Virus record (IMG/VR): IMGVR_UViG_3300020280_000004
Span: 1 to 56,601 of that record
DNA from: a virus
Taxonomy: Duplodnaviria; Caudoviricetes
Strand: one strand, 5' to 3'
DNA: 56,601 bases
Positions within the stretch are counted from its first letter, which is position 1, and every line of letters begins with the position of its first letter. This document shows, in pieces, positions 1-8,836 of the stretch. Under the pieces are notes generated by a model, which saw nothing but the letters and a program-made list of their open reading frames with translations, searched no databases and was not told the DNA's origin. Position numbers and translations under genes: made by a program.

Positions 1-808
1 TGCCTAATAAACTTGTAGATCCTCCACCTGATAAAGAATTTGGTGAAGGTGTTCTGTCGTAATGTTCTTTTCCAAATCCTGTAGGTGCACCATTCTGCAT
101 GACACGTCCTCTAGAATAAAATACTGTTTCATATTCAATTGACATCTGGTTGGCAACTGGGCCACTTTCTTGATTGTTCAATGTATCATGTTGCCATTGT
201 TGTATAATAGGATTTACTAGAGTATAGCAAGTGTAAGTTTTTCTTGCCATTTGATAAATTTGAATGCTTGTAAAGAAAGGCTCATCTATATTAGCATCTA
301 GTCCAAATCTTTTTTCATAATTGCTTTGAAATATTGCATCTCTCTTGTACTCAGGATAAGTTGTTTCTGGATCACCCACTGCGTTTGGTTTTCCATATCT
401 TCCATCTTGGAAATAATATCTGTAATATTGTTCCCACAAAGCCGTTGTTACACCATAATTGTCGTCATGGAATACTATGGTCACAGGGTCATATGCAATT
501 CTTGTTTGTAATTTTCTTTTTTTGTTATATTGCTGAACAGTCGCTATGTCTACTGTGTATTTAGGTAGGTCCACATTTTTAACAAGCATATTCAATTCAG
601 TTAAATGGTTATCTACAGGTGGATCTGATTGAACACTATTCCTGTTAATGTTGAATACAACGTGATATAAAAATTTTTGTTTGGGTGCTAATCTAAAACT
701 ATCATCTACATAAAGTCTCGATGCATGGGCAAAATCAGCCAGATTGCCTTTTGGATTTAATGTGCCTTTGAGCACGTTGTCTAAAAAACCTTTTAATAAA
801 TTTGCCAT
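1..808 (-). CDS. Tail tube-like / baseplate tube-initiator protein (gp19/gp54 fold), truncated by window edge
   Basis: Not in the ORF track; read manually from ATG at 808: MANLLKGFLDNVLKG...LAPKQKFLYHVVFNIN...LVKNVDLPKYTVDIATVQQYNKKRKLQTRIAYDPVTIVFHDD...LVNPIIQQWQHDTL...MSIEYETVFY, open to position 1. The pattern parallels the adjacent tube protein, and ATAAATA lies just upstream. Confidence 0.7.
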   Translation of the reverse strand, partial: MANLLKGFLDNVLKGTLNPKGNLADFAHASRLYVDDSFRLAPKQKFLYHVVFNINRNSVQSDPPVDNHLTELNMLVKNVDLPKYTVDIATVQQYNKKRKLQTRIAYDPVTIVFHDDNYGVTTALWEQYYRYYFQDGRYGKPNAVGDPETTYPEYKRDAIFQSNYEKRFGLDANIDEPFFTSIQIYQMARKTYTCYTLVNPIIQQWQHDTLNNQESGPVANQMSIEYETVFYSRGRVMQNGAPTGFGKEHYDRTPSPNSLSGGGSTSLLG

Positions 809-814
809 ATACAG

Positions 815-821
815 TATTTAT
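815..821 (-). promoter_or_regulatory. T4-late-like promoter motif ATAAATA
   Basis: tatttat on the + strand, 6 nt upstream of the ATG at 808; the same motif recurs before most structural genes. Confidence 0.6.
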
Positions 822-849
822 GTTATGTAAAAATGGGGGGTCACAGAAT

Positions 850-873
850 AAAAAAGGGGCCGTAGCCCCCTTT
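850..873 (-). terminator. Rho-independent terminator after tail tube gene
   Basis: Minus strand reads GGGGC-TACG-GCCCC followed by TTTTTT (cUACGg tetraloop), about 25 nt after the tube stop codon. Confidence 0.85.
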
Positions 874-898
874 CTAAATTTATAAATGCTTATGAAAA

Positions 899-1525
899 TT
901 ATGCACCGCCGCCTGTAATTAGAGTGTTTGTAGTTCTACCTACTGCTGTTCCTACTCCTGTACCTTGTGGAGTTTGGATTGCGTTGTCATATCTTAATGA
1001 TAGCGTTACAGTTACTGGATCGCTAGTACCGTATGCTAACTGATTGTAGTTTGCTGAATCTATGTAGCAACCATACAATTCAAATGTTTCTAAAACGTTT
1101 ACAGCATTGGCACCGTTAGCACCATCTGTAATTTCAATTCTAGTAACAAATTTGTAGTCTGAACCTGAAGCCGCCGCACTTTGTTCAAAGAAATCAAATT
1201 GTTTCTGAAGTTGTTCACCAACTAATTTCTGTACGTTGTTTGATACGTCTTCTCTTAAAGTCAATGTTACTGCTTCCCATGTGTGCTTACCAGCAAGGTA
1301 AACTTTTGAGTTGTAAACATCAACTGTTACTTGTTCAAATGATAAATTAGGTCTTGTTATATCTACTACTTGTTTTGTTAACTCAGTTGTTGGTGTTGAT
1401 ACACCAAAGTTTTCTAAACTTACTCTAAAACGATATTGTAATTTAGGCATTAACAGACCTTGATTAGAAGCACTTTGGCTACTATTCAATGGAACTGTAA
1501 GTTTTGATAGTGTAGATATACTCAT
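899..1525 (-). CDS. Tail tube protein (T4 gp19-like)
   Basis: 208 aa; PKLQYRFRV...RPNLSFEQVTVDVYNSKVYLAGKHTWE...FELYGCY...LSLRYDNA; immediately downstream of the sheath; AGGAG SD. Confidence 0.85.
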   Translation of the reverse strand: MSISTLSKLTVPLNSSQSASNQGLLMPKLQYRFRVSLENFGVSTPTTELTKQVVDITRPNLSFEQVTVDVYNSKVYLAGKHTWEAVTLTLREDVSNNVQKLVGEQLQKQFDFFEQSAAASGSDYKFVTRIEITDGANGANAVNVLETFELYGCYIDSANYNQLAYGTSDPVTVTLSLRYDNAIQTPQGTGVGTAVGRTTNTLITGGGA

Positions 1526-1540
1526 TTGTTTCTCCTATAA

Positions 1541-1547
1541 TATTTAT
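1541..1547 (-). promoter_or_regulatory. T4-late-like promoter motif ATAAATA
   Basis: Between the sheath stop and the tube SD. Confidence 0.6.
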
Positions 1548-1551
1548 CTTA

Positions 1552-4500
1552 TTATAATCCTGCTATTTCGCCAGTATTTTTCAATCTTAATGGTATGTAG
1601 ATGAACTCAACTGCTTTGACTGGTTCAATAGCAATGTCTAAGTACAACTCATTTCTGTCTATTCTTGTAGGTGTGTTGTTTGATTCATCACAAACTACTA
1701 GGAAGTCAAAAATTGCTCTGTTACCTACAAGTTCTAATAATAAACTTTCTGCCTGTGCCTTGATTTCATCTCTTGTGATTTTATCATTTGGCTCAAACAC
1801 AAATGGTCTTGCAAGTTTGTTTAATTGACTTCTTAAGAAAATTACTAATCTTGCAACGTTTATTCTGTCTAAAGAACTTGTGCCAGCAAATCTAGTTTTT
1901 TGTCCGAAGTTTACTAAACCTGCACCTGTTATAAATGTAATTGGGTTAACTTTATTTGTATACAATGTGTCTCTTTGACCTTCGTTCAATGCTGTTGAAA
2001 CAAACTCGCCTTCTGAGTTAATGTAACCAGTTGAACTTGCATTTGTAATACCACCTCTTCTTGTACCTGCTGGTGCAAACCATGGGAAAGAAACTTGATC
2101 GCTTAATGCAATAGTTCTTAACATCATGTGTGATGCTGGTACAACAATGTTGTTTCCAAAGTTATCTGAAGTAAATCCTGATGGATAAAATACACCTAAG
2201 AATGAATTAGATGTAACCAATCCTTGGTCATTATCTTCAACTGCTTTGTTAACATTTGTTGCCCAGTTGTTTAAAGAAGTTGAATCAGGTGTTAATCTAA
2301 ATGGTGAGTCACCAAGTATAAATGCTGATAAACCTCTATCGCTGTTTAAAGAAACCATTTCACCGATCAACTCAGGATAACCTGGAGTTGCCATTACGTT
2401 GAATAATCTTGATTCATCGTCTCTGATGTCTTGGTTACTGTTTACTAATGCTTGTAAGCCTTGTACGATAACTTTTCTTTGTGCTTTTCTTCCGAAAGAA
2501 CCTGCACCGTTTGCCTGGTTAGCAGACTCAGTTACCCATCTGTGTGGGTAGTAAGTAGACATACTAGCACCGCCCTGTCTTGGGTTAGTTGCTGTTGTGT
2601 CTATACTGTTTCTTACAAATTTCTTAACGTTAAATCCTGAACGTCTTAAGTTCCATAGTAAAATACCTTTTGGATATAATGCTGGATCTGGAGCATCTGG
2701 ATCTAAGAAGTCGCTGTCTAATAGTTCAGCAATAGTTCCTGTTGGTTCCGCTGTTGCAGTACCACCTGAAGTTCCAAATCTTGCATCAGCAAAAACTATT
2801 CCGTTTTCTGTTGTTTGATCTGAACTGTCTACTTCTTCCCATTTTAGACTGTTTGCATTCCATCTGTAGATGTCAGCATATTCTTCTAAATTTGCTGTGC
2901 TTATCCATAGATCGTTTTCAACAAGTGCTGTTCCATCTGATTGTGTAGTTGGAGCAGATGCTGAAACTTGTGGACCTGCTGGGTCTGTGTTTGCGTAAAC
3001 TTGTTTGTAACCTTTGAATGTTGTACCGTTGTGTACCATGATGTCAACTTCATCAACAACTGAACTGTACCATAGTTGTCCGTTTGTAGTTAAAGAAGTC
3101 ACTGCTGTTGCACTTGCAGTATAAGTTAACACTTTCCAGTTACTTGCTCTGAATTGTTTTGGATTAGTTGCCGCAGTTGTTCCTGGCTCAAATCCCATGT
3201 TAGTTGATGTGTTTGTTAAACCAATTGCTTCAATTAAACCGTTTGTATCAGTAATTTTAAATTCACCACCGTCGTTGTGTGAAATTACAACTCTGTTTTG
3301 TGAATCAACACTTGCTACAATGTTTGTGAATCCTGCGCCGTTGATACCACCTGCAATAACATCTGCGTCTGCGGCGTTATTGTTTGTTGTAACAGTTACA
3401 GTTATTCCACTGTTTAGTGCTTCTTGTCCTACAATTGATTCTGCAATCGTAAATGATTTACTACCAGCGCCTTGACCAGTTGCAACTGCTGAAGATGTGA
3501 CTGTTGTGCTTCCTGTGTTTTCTCTTCTGTGAATCACAAAGTCTGTTTCTGTTGTACCATTTCCTGAGTTTACATATAAACCACCTACTGCAATGTTTAA
3601 TCCACCGCCTGTTTTGTCTAGGTTGAATAATGCACTTTCGTTACTCGCGTATAATGGAGCAGAAACATCTTCAAATAATTTAGTTGTTCCATTGAATTTT
3701 TTTACACTCCATTTAGCACCTAAATTCGGATCAGTTGTTTTAATCCAAAGTGAACCTGTTGGTCTTGGATTTGGATCACTTGATTTGAACGCTGGTACTG
3801 AAGTGTGTGGAGCAATTGATAATGCTGGTACGTAATATATTCCTGCTGTTATTCCTAAAGCAGTTGCGATAGTCATTGTACCATCTGCTATTTGTACTTT
3901 GTCATCATTTGAACCGTTGTAATGAATATCTAATTTACCACCATTAACTCTTGCAGATAAACCTGAAACACCAGCACCGCTGATATCACTTGCTATATCT
4001 GTAATTGTTGTACCACTTGCTGTGATTGTAGTAGTTACACCGTTAATTGTAATTGCGAAGTTTTGACCTCCTAAAAATGAACCTGGAGTACCACCTGCTA
4101 TTGTTGGTTTACTTGCTACCCAGTTTGCTGTACCTACTGCTACCCAACTTCCGTCGTACTGTTTGTACCACATATCGTTGTTTGTGTCTGTAGCCGTAAT
4201 CGCATAGTCACCAATTGAACCAACTGAAGTTTTTGGTGCACTTCCTAGTCCTGATGATAATTGTGTAGTTGATGTAATTACTGTTGGAATTTGATTTGTG
4301 AATGATTGACCACCTGTTACAGTTGCCGCTGAACCATTCCACTCAAATATACCAAATCTTGTGTTTGCTGTGTCAAACCAGTATGTGCCTGTTGCTGGAT
4401 TTGCCGCTGGTGCATTTGCACTTGCTTCTAATTGACCTAAGTCAACATCTGCTCTTACAACGTATGCTCTGTTGGCAACACCTAAGAAAGAGTATGCCGC

Positions 4501-4785
4501 TTGTAATCCATACTCATTAGTTTCACCACCATGAATTGGATTGTTACTTGCATTTGTTTTGAATACTGGATCGCCAAATGTTTCTGCTAATTCTCTTTGT
4601 GAAGAAAGCAAGTAAACTCTGCCGGCATTTGCCGCTGTTGTTCCTTCTGCTGTTCCTGTTCCTGTACTTGATGTTTTATCTTGTGCTGTCGCAACAAAGA
4701 TCATTGGCACCGTGCCTGGTTCGGCTGGTGTGTAAAAACTTTCGTCAATTACGCTAACGTTGACTCCTGGTGAAACTATTGCCAT
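1552..4785 (-). CDS. Tail sheath protein (T4 gp18-like) with large insertions
   Basis: N-terminal SPGVNVSVIDES; C-terminal PWFAPAGTRRG, LYTNKVNPI, LDRINVARL, FEPNDKITR, VCDESNNTPTRIDRNEL, IEPVKAVEFIYI are typical sheath motifs. Confidence 0.95.
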   Translation of the reverse strand: MAIVSPGVNVSVIDESFYTPAEPGTVPMIFVATAQDKTSSTGTGTAEGTTAANAGRVYLLSSQRELAETFGDPVFKTNASNNPIHGGETNEYGLQAAYSFLGVANRAYVVRADVDLGQLEASANAPAANPATGTYWFDTANTRFGIFEWNGSAATVTGGQSFTNQIPTVITSTTQLSSGLGSAPKTSVGSIGDYAITATDTNNDMWYKQYDGSWVAVGTANWVASKPTIAGGTPGSFLGGQNFAITINGVTTTITASGTTITDIASDISGAGVSGLSARVNGGKLDIHYNGSNDDKVQIADGTMTIATALGITAGIYYVPALSIAPHTSVPAFKSSDPNPRPTGSLWIKTTDPNLGAKWSVKKFNGTTKLFEDVSAPLYASNESALFNLDKTGGGLNIAVGGLYVNSGNGTTETDFVIHRRENTGSTTVTSSAVATGQGAGSKSFTIAESIVGQEALNSGITVTVTTNNNAADADVIAGGINGAGFTNIVASVDSQNRVVISHNDGGEFKITDTNGLIEAIGLTNTSTNMGFEPGTTAATNPKQFRASNWKVLTYTASATAVTSLTTNGQLWYSSVVDEVDIMVHNGTTFKGYKQVYANTDPAGPQVSASAPTTQSDGTALVENDLWISTANLEEYADIYRWNANSLKWEEVDSSDQTTENGIVFADARFGTSGGTATAEPTGTIAELLDSDFLDPDAPDPALYPKGILLWNLRRSGFNVKKFVRNSIDTTATNPRQGGASMSTYYPHRWVTESANQANGAGSFGRKAQRKVIVQGLQALVNSNQDIRDDESRLFNVMATPGYPELIGEMVSLNSDRGLSAFILGDSPFRLTPDSTSLNNWATNVNKAVEDNDQGLVTSNSFLGVFYPSGFTSDNFGNNIVVPASHMMLRTIALSDQVSFPWFAPAGTRRGGITNASSTGYINSEGEFVSTALNEGQRDTLYTNKVNPITFITGAGLVNFGQKTRFAGTSSLDRINVARLVIFLRSQLNKLARPFVFEPNDKITRDEIKAQAESLLLELVGNRAIFDFLVVCDESNNTPTRIDRNELYLDIAIEPVKAVEFIYIPLRLKNTGEIAGL

Positions 4786-4828
4786 GTGTTAAATCTCCTA
4801 GTTTTAAATAAAAACTTTATATTGTTTG

Positions 4829-4835
4829 TATTTAT
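4829..4835 (-). promoter_or_regulatory. T4-late-like promoter motif upstream of sheath
   Basis: ATAAATA 44 nt upstream of the ATG at 4785, with an AGGAG SD in between. Confidence 0.6.
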
Positions 4836-4907
4836 GTAATAATGTCAAAATGCACCAAATTAATAGGTATTAAAAAGGGGTGGCAAAGGGCAGGTAAATA
4901 CGTGTAT

Positions 4908-5249
4908 ATGAGACCTTTATGTAATAAATGTAACGAAAGACCTGCGGCAGTAAACTATAAAAAGGGTAATAAAACTTATTATAGGCGCCTATGCGAAATG
5001 TGTTTGCGGTATGGAGGACCAAGTGGTTATATGCCTAAATGGTATGTTGCAGGATATAGACCTAAGCAACAATGTGATAAATGTGGGCACAAAAGCGAGT
5101 ATAAGGAACGTTTTAGAGTGTTCCATATAGACGCTAATCTCAATAATTGTAAGTTTAATAATTTAAAAACGGTGTGTGCTAACTGCCAAACAACACTGCA
5201 CCTTGAAGGAATCCGTTGGCGACAAGGTGATCTTGTACCTGACTTTTAA
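4908..5249 (+). CDS. Small Cys-rich zinc-finger / HNH-like protein
   Basis: CxxC pairs (CNKC, CEMC, CDKC, CANC) and FHIDANLNN...NLKTVCANC resembling an HNH core. Start moved from 4842 to ATG 4908 because TAAATA lies 7 nt upstream. Confidence 0.6.
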   Translation: MRPLCNKCNERPAAVNYKKGNKTYYRRLCEMCLRYGGPSGYMPKWYVAGYRPKQQCDKCGHKSEYKERFRVFHIDANLNNCKFNNLKTVCANCQTTLHLEGIRWRQGDLVPDF

Positions 5250-5805
5250 GGGCATTGATAGTTGTATCATTTTCAAATATTTTGTCAAATTTAGCATTTG
5301 CCCATTGCCACTCTGACGCATGAACATCCTTTGGCTTTTGTCCAATGTCTTGATACATTCTGAACCACATAGGCAACTGTCCACGTTTTACCCACCAAAC
5401 TTCTCCACCTATTTCTTTTATTACTTTGACCTCATTTTCAAAACGCACATCTGGAATTACCCAATTAATATCAGGATTTTCAGTTACTTTCTTCTTCAGC
5501 ATACTGACCCATATGCCATCATAGAATCCGTCACGCATACACTCTGTTCCAAACACTTGTAATACATATCTAGGAGTTACTTTCTTTTTAAGTTCCTTGC
5601 TCCAAAAATAATCCTCTTGTTCACGCCACAATCTACTCTGTTCAGTCTTGCCATCTAATAGGTCTCTATCCCACTCAAATAGTGTTGCAACTGTATCTTT
5701 AAGTTTATCTGCAAATGATATTTTTACAAATTTATGATCTTTTACCAGATGATCTGCTATTGTGTCTTTGCCAGATCCAATTAAACCACATATTCCTACT
5801 ATCAT
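5179..5805 (-). CDS. Deoxynucleoside monophosphate kinase (T4 gp1-like)
   Basis: P-loop GLIGSGKDT, SFADKLKD, TPRYVLQVFGTE, IPDVRFENE, HASE. Confidence 0.9.
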   Translation of the reverse strand: MIVGICGLIGSGKDTIADHLVKDHKFVKISFADKLKDTVATLFEWDRDLLDGKTEQSRLWREQEDYFWSKELKKKVTPRYVLQVFGTECMRDGFYDGIWVSMLKKKVTENPDINWVIPDVRFENEVKVIKEIGGEVWWVKRGQLPMWFRMYQDIGQKPKDVHASEWQWANAKFDKIFENDTTINALKSQVQDHLVANGFLQGAVLFGS

Positions 5806-6446
5806 AATATTCTAAGTTGTTTAGTTCCTTCTCCTATATCTCCTTTAGGATATGAATTGAATGCTAGACTGATTCTTTCGTGTTCTGCACCTTGTTCCAA
5901 TACTTCATGTTCCAACCAAGAAGGAAACATTAACAAATCGCCGGGTATAGGATTTACTCCATAGTAATCGGTGTTGTATTGATTTTTGTTTTCACCGCTG
6001 TAAGCAAGTTGTATGTTTTGAAATGTGATATTAGGATACATATGTGGTTTACTAAAAATTATAGGAGCACATTTTCTTGTTGTGTCCACGTAATATACTC
6101 CACTGATAATGCTATTAGGGTGTGAATGTTTGTCTATGTATTCAGACTTGGATGTTTTATTGACCCAACTTGTTGTAATTTGAAAATTTTGAACTATGCC
6201 TAAAACATCATCCACAAAATAATTCAAAGCATTTTGTATTTTGTATCTGAGATCTTTCATTTGTGGCTTTTCCAATATTTTCATACCTCTATTCATCATA
6301 GGCAAATCGTCATCTGAGTGATCTGTACCTGTCCTTTGAGATGGATAATCCAAGCCACGTATCCATGCACGTGACACTTGATCCATTTCACCAATGTTCA
6401 TTTTAATCAAAGGCACGGAGAATAATGGAATCATTTCATGTTGCAT
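5802..6446 (-). CDS. 2OG-Fe(II) oxygenase superfamily protein (TIGR02466-like)
   Basis: SWVN...HSHPNSIISGVYY...LLMFPSWLEHEV...RISLAFN. Confidence 0.8.
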   Translation of the reverse strand: MQHEMIPLFSVPLIKMNIGEMDQVSRAWIRGLDYPSQRTGTDHSDDDLPMMNRGMKILEKPQMKDLRYKIQNALNYFVDDVLGIVQNFQITTSWVNKTSKSEYIDKHSHPNSIISGVYYVDTTRKCAPIIFSKPHMYPNITFQNIQLAYSGENKNQYNTDYYGVNPIPGDLLMFPSWLEHEVLEQGAEHERISLAFNSYPKGDIGEGTKQLRIL

Positions 6447-6454
6447 ATCTTACG

Positions 6455-6483
6455 ATAATACAACAAAATTATGGTAATGTCAA
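6455..6483 (-). promoter_or_regulatory. Sigma70-type promoter (TTGACA-17-TATTAT)
   Basis: Minus strand TTGACA (6483-6478), 17-nt spacer, TATTAT (6460-6455), 8 nt before the oxygenase ATG. Confidence 0.7.
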
Positions 6484-6489
6484 TAGGAA

Positions 6490-7248
6490 TTAGCCGATTA
6501 AGAAACTGTAACCTTGTCCACCAGCAGTCTGCGTTTTTACTTCTTGCTCTAGCCTATCCATTTCTGCTATGGCTTCTTGTTTCAATGCATCACCATTTAA
6601 AGATGTGCCACCTTGTGGACCTGCTATTGTGTTGAATTTGCTTCTTGCTTCACCAAGCATATACTTGCATTTTGCCAAAGTGTAGTCTTTGATCCATTTT
6701 TTTGCCAAATAATCTTTGAACAATTCTGAATCTGGTCTATGCATATAAACCATCATTAACACTTCTTCACCCTGTCTTGGTCTTTGTAATATGGTTAATT
6801 TTTTAGTTGTTGTGTTCCATTTGAATTCAATAAATGAACCAAACATCCTTCCCACTAATTCTTGGAATTGTGAGAATAGATTGTAAGTTGCAACTCCACC
6901 CATGTTAGAACTTGCAAGAAGATAAGTGTTTGTGTATGCTAAATTGAAAGGTTCAAACAATGTACCACCGTCTCCACCACCTGATCTTGAACCAATACTT
7001 CTTCTAAAAATTTGACGCACTTCGATGATTTCATCTGCAAGTGTGTAATCGTTTTGGTCTTTTACAAGTGGTAAAAAAATGTAACTTTCTTCTACTGAAT
7101 TGTCCGATCTTTGTCTAAATCTGTCCAATGCGTCTTTAATAGCAGTCTCATAGTGGGACGGATCCAGTTCTACATCAACCATTCCACCGCCCAGTGAATT
7201 GAATACGTAGTCGAATATCTCTTGTTTATCTGTGGTTAAAATTGCCAT
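6490..7248 (-). CDS. Neck protein (T4 gp13-like)
   Basis: LGGGMVDVELD...WIKDYTLAKCKYMLGEARSKF..IAGPQGGTSLNGDALK matches the gp13 pattern; divergent from the gp14-like gene. Confidence 0.8.
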   Translation of the reverse strand: MAILTTDKQEIFDYVFNSLGGGMVDVELDPSHYETAIKDALDRFRQRSDNSVEESYIFLPLVKDQNDYTLADEIIEVRQIFRRSIGSRSGGGDGGTLFEPFNLAYTNTYLLASSNMGGVATYNLFSQFQELVGRMFGSFIEFKWNTTTKKLTILQRPRQGEEVLMMVYMHRPDSELFKDYLAKKWIKDYTLAKCKYMLGEARSKFNTIAGPQGGTSLNGDALKQEAIAEMDRLEQEVKTQTAGGQGYSFLIG

Positions 7249-7262
7249 TTTATACGTTCCTT

Positions 7263-7302
7263 ACATATATTTATCACTCACTACCATCCGATAAATATAT
7301 GT
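7263..7302. promoter_or_regulatory. Back-to-back late promoters forming a perfect 13-bp inverted repeat
   Basis: ACATATATTTATC (7263-7275) and GATAAATATATGT (7290-7302); each arm contains ATAAATA pointing to one neck gene. Confidence 0.7.
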
Positions 7303-7304
7303 CT

Positions 7305-8462
7305 ATGCCAAGATTAAGTCTATATAAGCCGGAAAAAGGTCATGATTACACGTTTTTAGATAAGACCGTAGTAGAGATGTTCACTGTGGGCGGTACTGAC
7401 GTATTTGTACACAAATATCTAGGCCCTAAAAATCCAGCAGAAGCAGATGCCACATCTGCAGAACCTAGATACGATGCTGTGAAAGAAACGAACATCCAAG
7501 ATATGTTGTTTTTAGAAAATCGTGACAGAAAATATGACTCATCAATTTACACATTAAGAGGCATTTACAATGTGCAAGATATTGACTTTGACATGAGTCA
7601 ATTTGGATTGTTTTTACAAAATGACACACTTTTTATGACAATGCCTATAACAACTAGTGTGAAAACATTGGGTAGGAAAGTTATGCCAGGTGATGTATTT
7701 GAACTGCCACACTTGAAAGATGAGTATGCACTAAACGATTTCAATGTTGCTCTAAAAAGATTCTATGTAGTTGAAGATATTAATAGGGCGGCAGAAGGAT
7801 TTTCACAAACTTGGTACCCACACTTATACAGAATTAAATTAAAACAGATATACGACAGTCAAGAATTTAAAGAAATTTTACAAAGAGACGCCGGCGCAGG
7901 AGACGGAAAAACATTACGAGATGTACTTTCTACATTTGAAAAAGAAATGCAAATCAATAATGCCGTTGTTGCCCAAGCAGAAGACGATACAAAAAAATCA
8001 GGTTATGAAACAAAAAATTTATATACTTTACAGGTTGATGATAAAGGAAAACCAGAACTTGTAACCACAGATACGTCTACATTAGATACAACCACACACA
8101 ACACTTTAGCAGATAGGATTAATCAAACACCTGATAAATCAGGATACGATGGCTATCTTTTAGGTGACGGTTTAGCACCTAACGGAGAAGTGTTTGGATT
8201 CGGAATAAGTTTTCCTAGTGCATCAGACAAAGGCGATTATTTTTTACGGACAGATTTTTTACCTAATAGATTGTTTAGATATGATGGCGGACGTTGGGTG
8301 AAAATGGAAGATAATGTGCGTATGACTTTGACAAATACAGACACAAGAAGTCACTTAAAAGGAACTTTCATAAACAACACTAAATCTTCAACCATAGCAG
8401 GTGAAACAGTGACTGAAAGACAAAGTTTATCAAAAGCATTGAAACCTAAGGCGGATGGATAA
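7305..8462 (+). CDS. Neck / head-completion protein (T4 gp14-like)
   Basis: MPRLSLYKPEKG...IQDMLFLENRDRKYD...FDMSQFGLFL...MPGDVFELPHL...WYPHLYRIK; start set at ATG 7305 downstream of the late motif; synteny with gp13- and gp15-like genes. Confidence 0.65.
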   Translation: MPRLSLYKPEKGHDYTFLDKTVVEMFTVGGTDVFVHKYLGPKNPAEADATSAEPRYDAVKETNIQDMLFLENRDRKYDSSIYTLRGIYNVQDIDFDMSQFGLFLQNDTLFMTMPITTSVKTLGRKVMPGDVFELPHLKDEYALNDFNVALKRFYVVEDINRAAEGFSQTWYPHLYRIKLKQIYDSQEFKEILQRDAGAGDGKTLRDVLSTFEKEMQINNAVVAQAEDDTKKSGYETKNLYTLQVDDKGKPELVTTDTSTLDTTTHNTLADRINQTPDKSGYDGYLLGDGLAPNGEVFGFGISFPSASDKGDYFLRTDFLPNRLFRYDGGRWVKMEDNVRMTLTNTDTRSHLKGTFINNTKSSTIAGETVTERQSLSKALKPKADG

Positions 8463-8836
8463 TGAAATTACGTGAACTTTGGGGTATACCTATACCAGGT
8501 ACAGAAAAAGCAGTAGGACTTAAAAAGGTCACTAAAGATTTTATGGGTAAAGTAAGAACATATTATGAACCTGTTGGCAATAAAATTAACGAAAAAAAGA
8601 AAAAAGGAGACTTGTACACTGACGACAATCCTAAAGACACTATTAAAAAATTAGGTTATAAAAATGTATCAACTGCAAGAGCAAGTGTATCAAGAATACG
8701 TAATTCTGGTAGAAGCCATGCTCATAAAATACAAGCGGCAGTAAGCATGGAACAAAGAGCAAAGGCGGCTGGAAAAAGTAAAGAAGCCGCTGTGTTTAGA
8801 AGATACATAAATGCAAACAAAAAAGGTAAAAAATAA
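8462..8836 (+). CDS. Small basic protein, possible internal head protein
   Basis: 124 aa, Lys-rich, MKLREL start, DLYTDDNPK...HAHKIQAA core; translationally coupled to both neighbours (TAATG overlaps). Confidence 0.6.
   Translation: MKLRELWGIPIPGTEKAVGLKKVTKDFMGKVRTYYEPVGNKINEKKKKGDLYTDDNPKDTIKKLGYKNVSTARASVSRIRNSGRSHAHKIQAAVSMEQRAKAAGKSKEAAVFRRYINANKKGKK

Noticed and set aside
4908-5249. Mobile homing endonuclease
   Set aside because: Short, degenerate HNH-like core under a late-type motif with no intron context; more likely a resident accessory protein.
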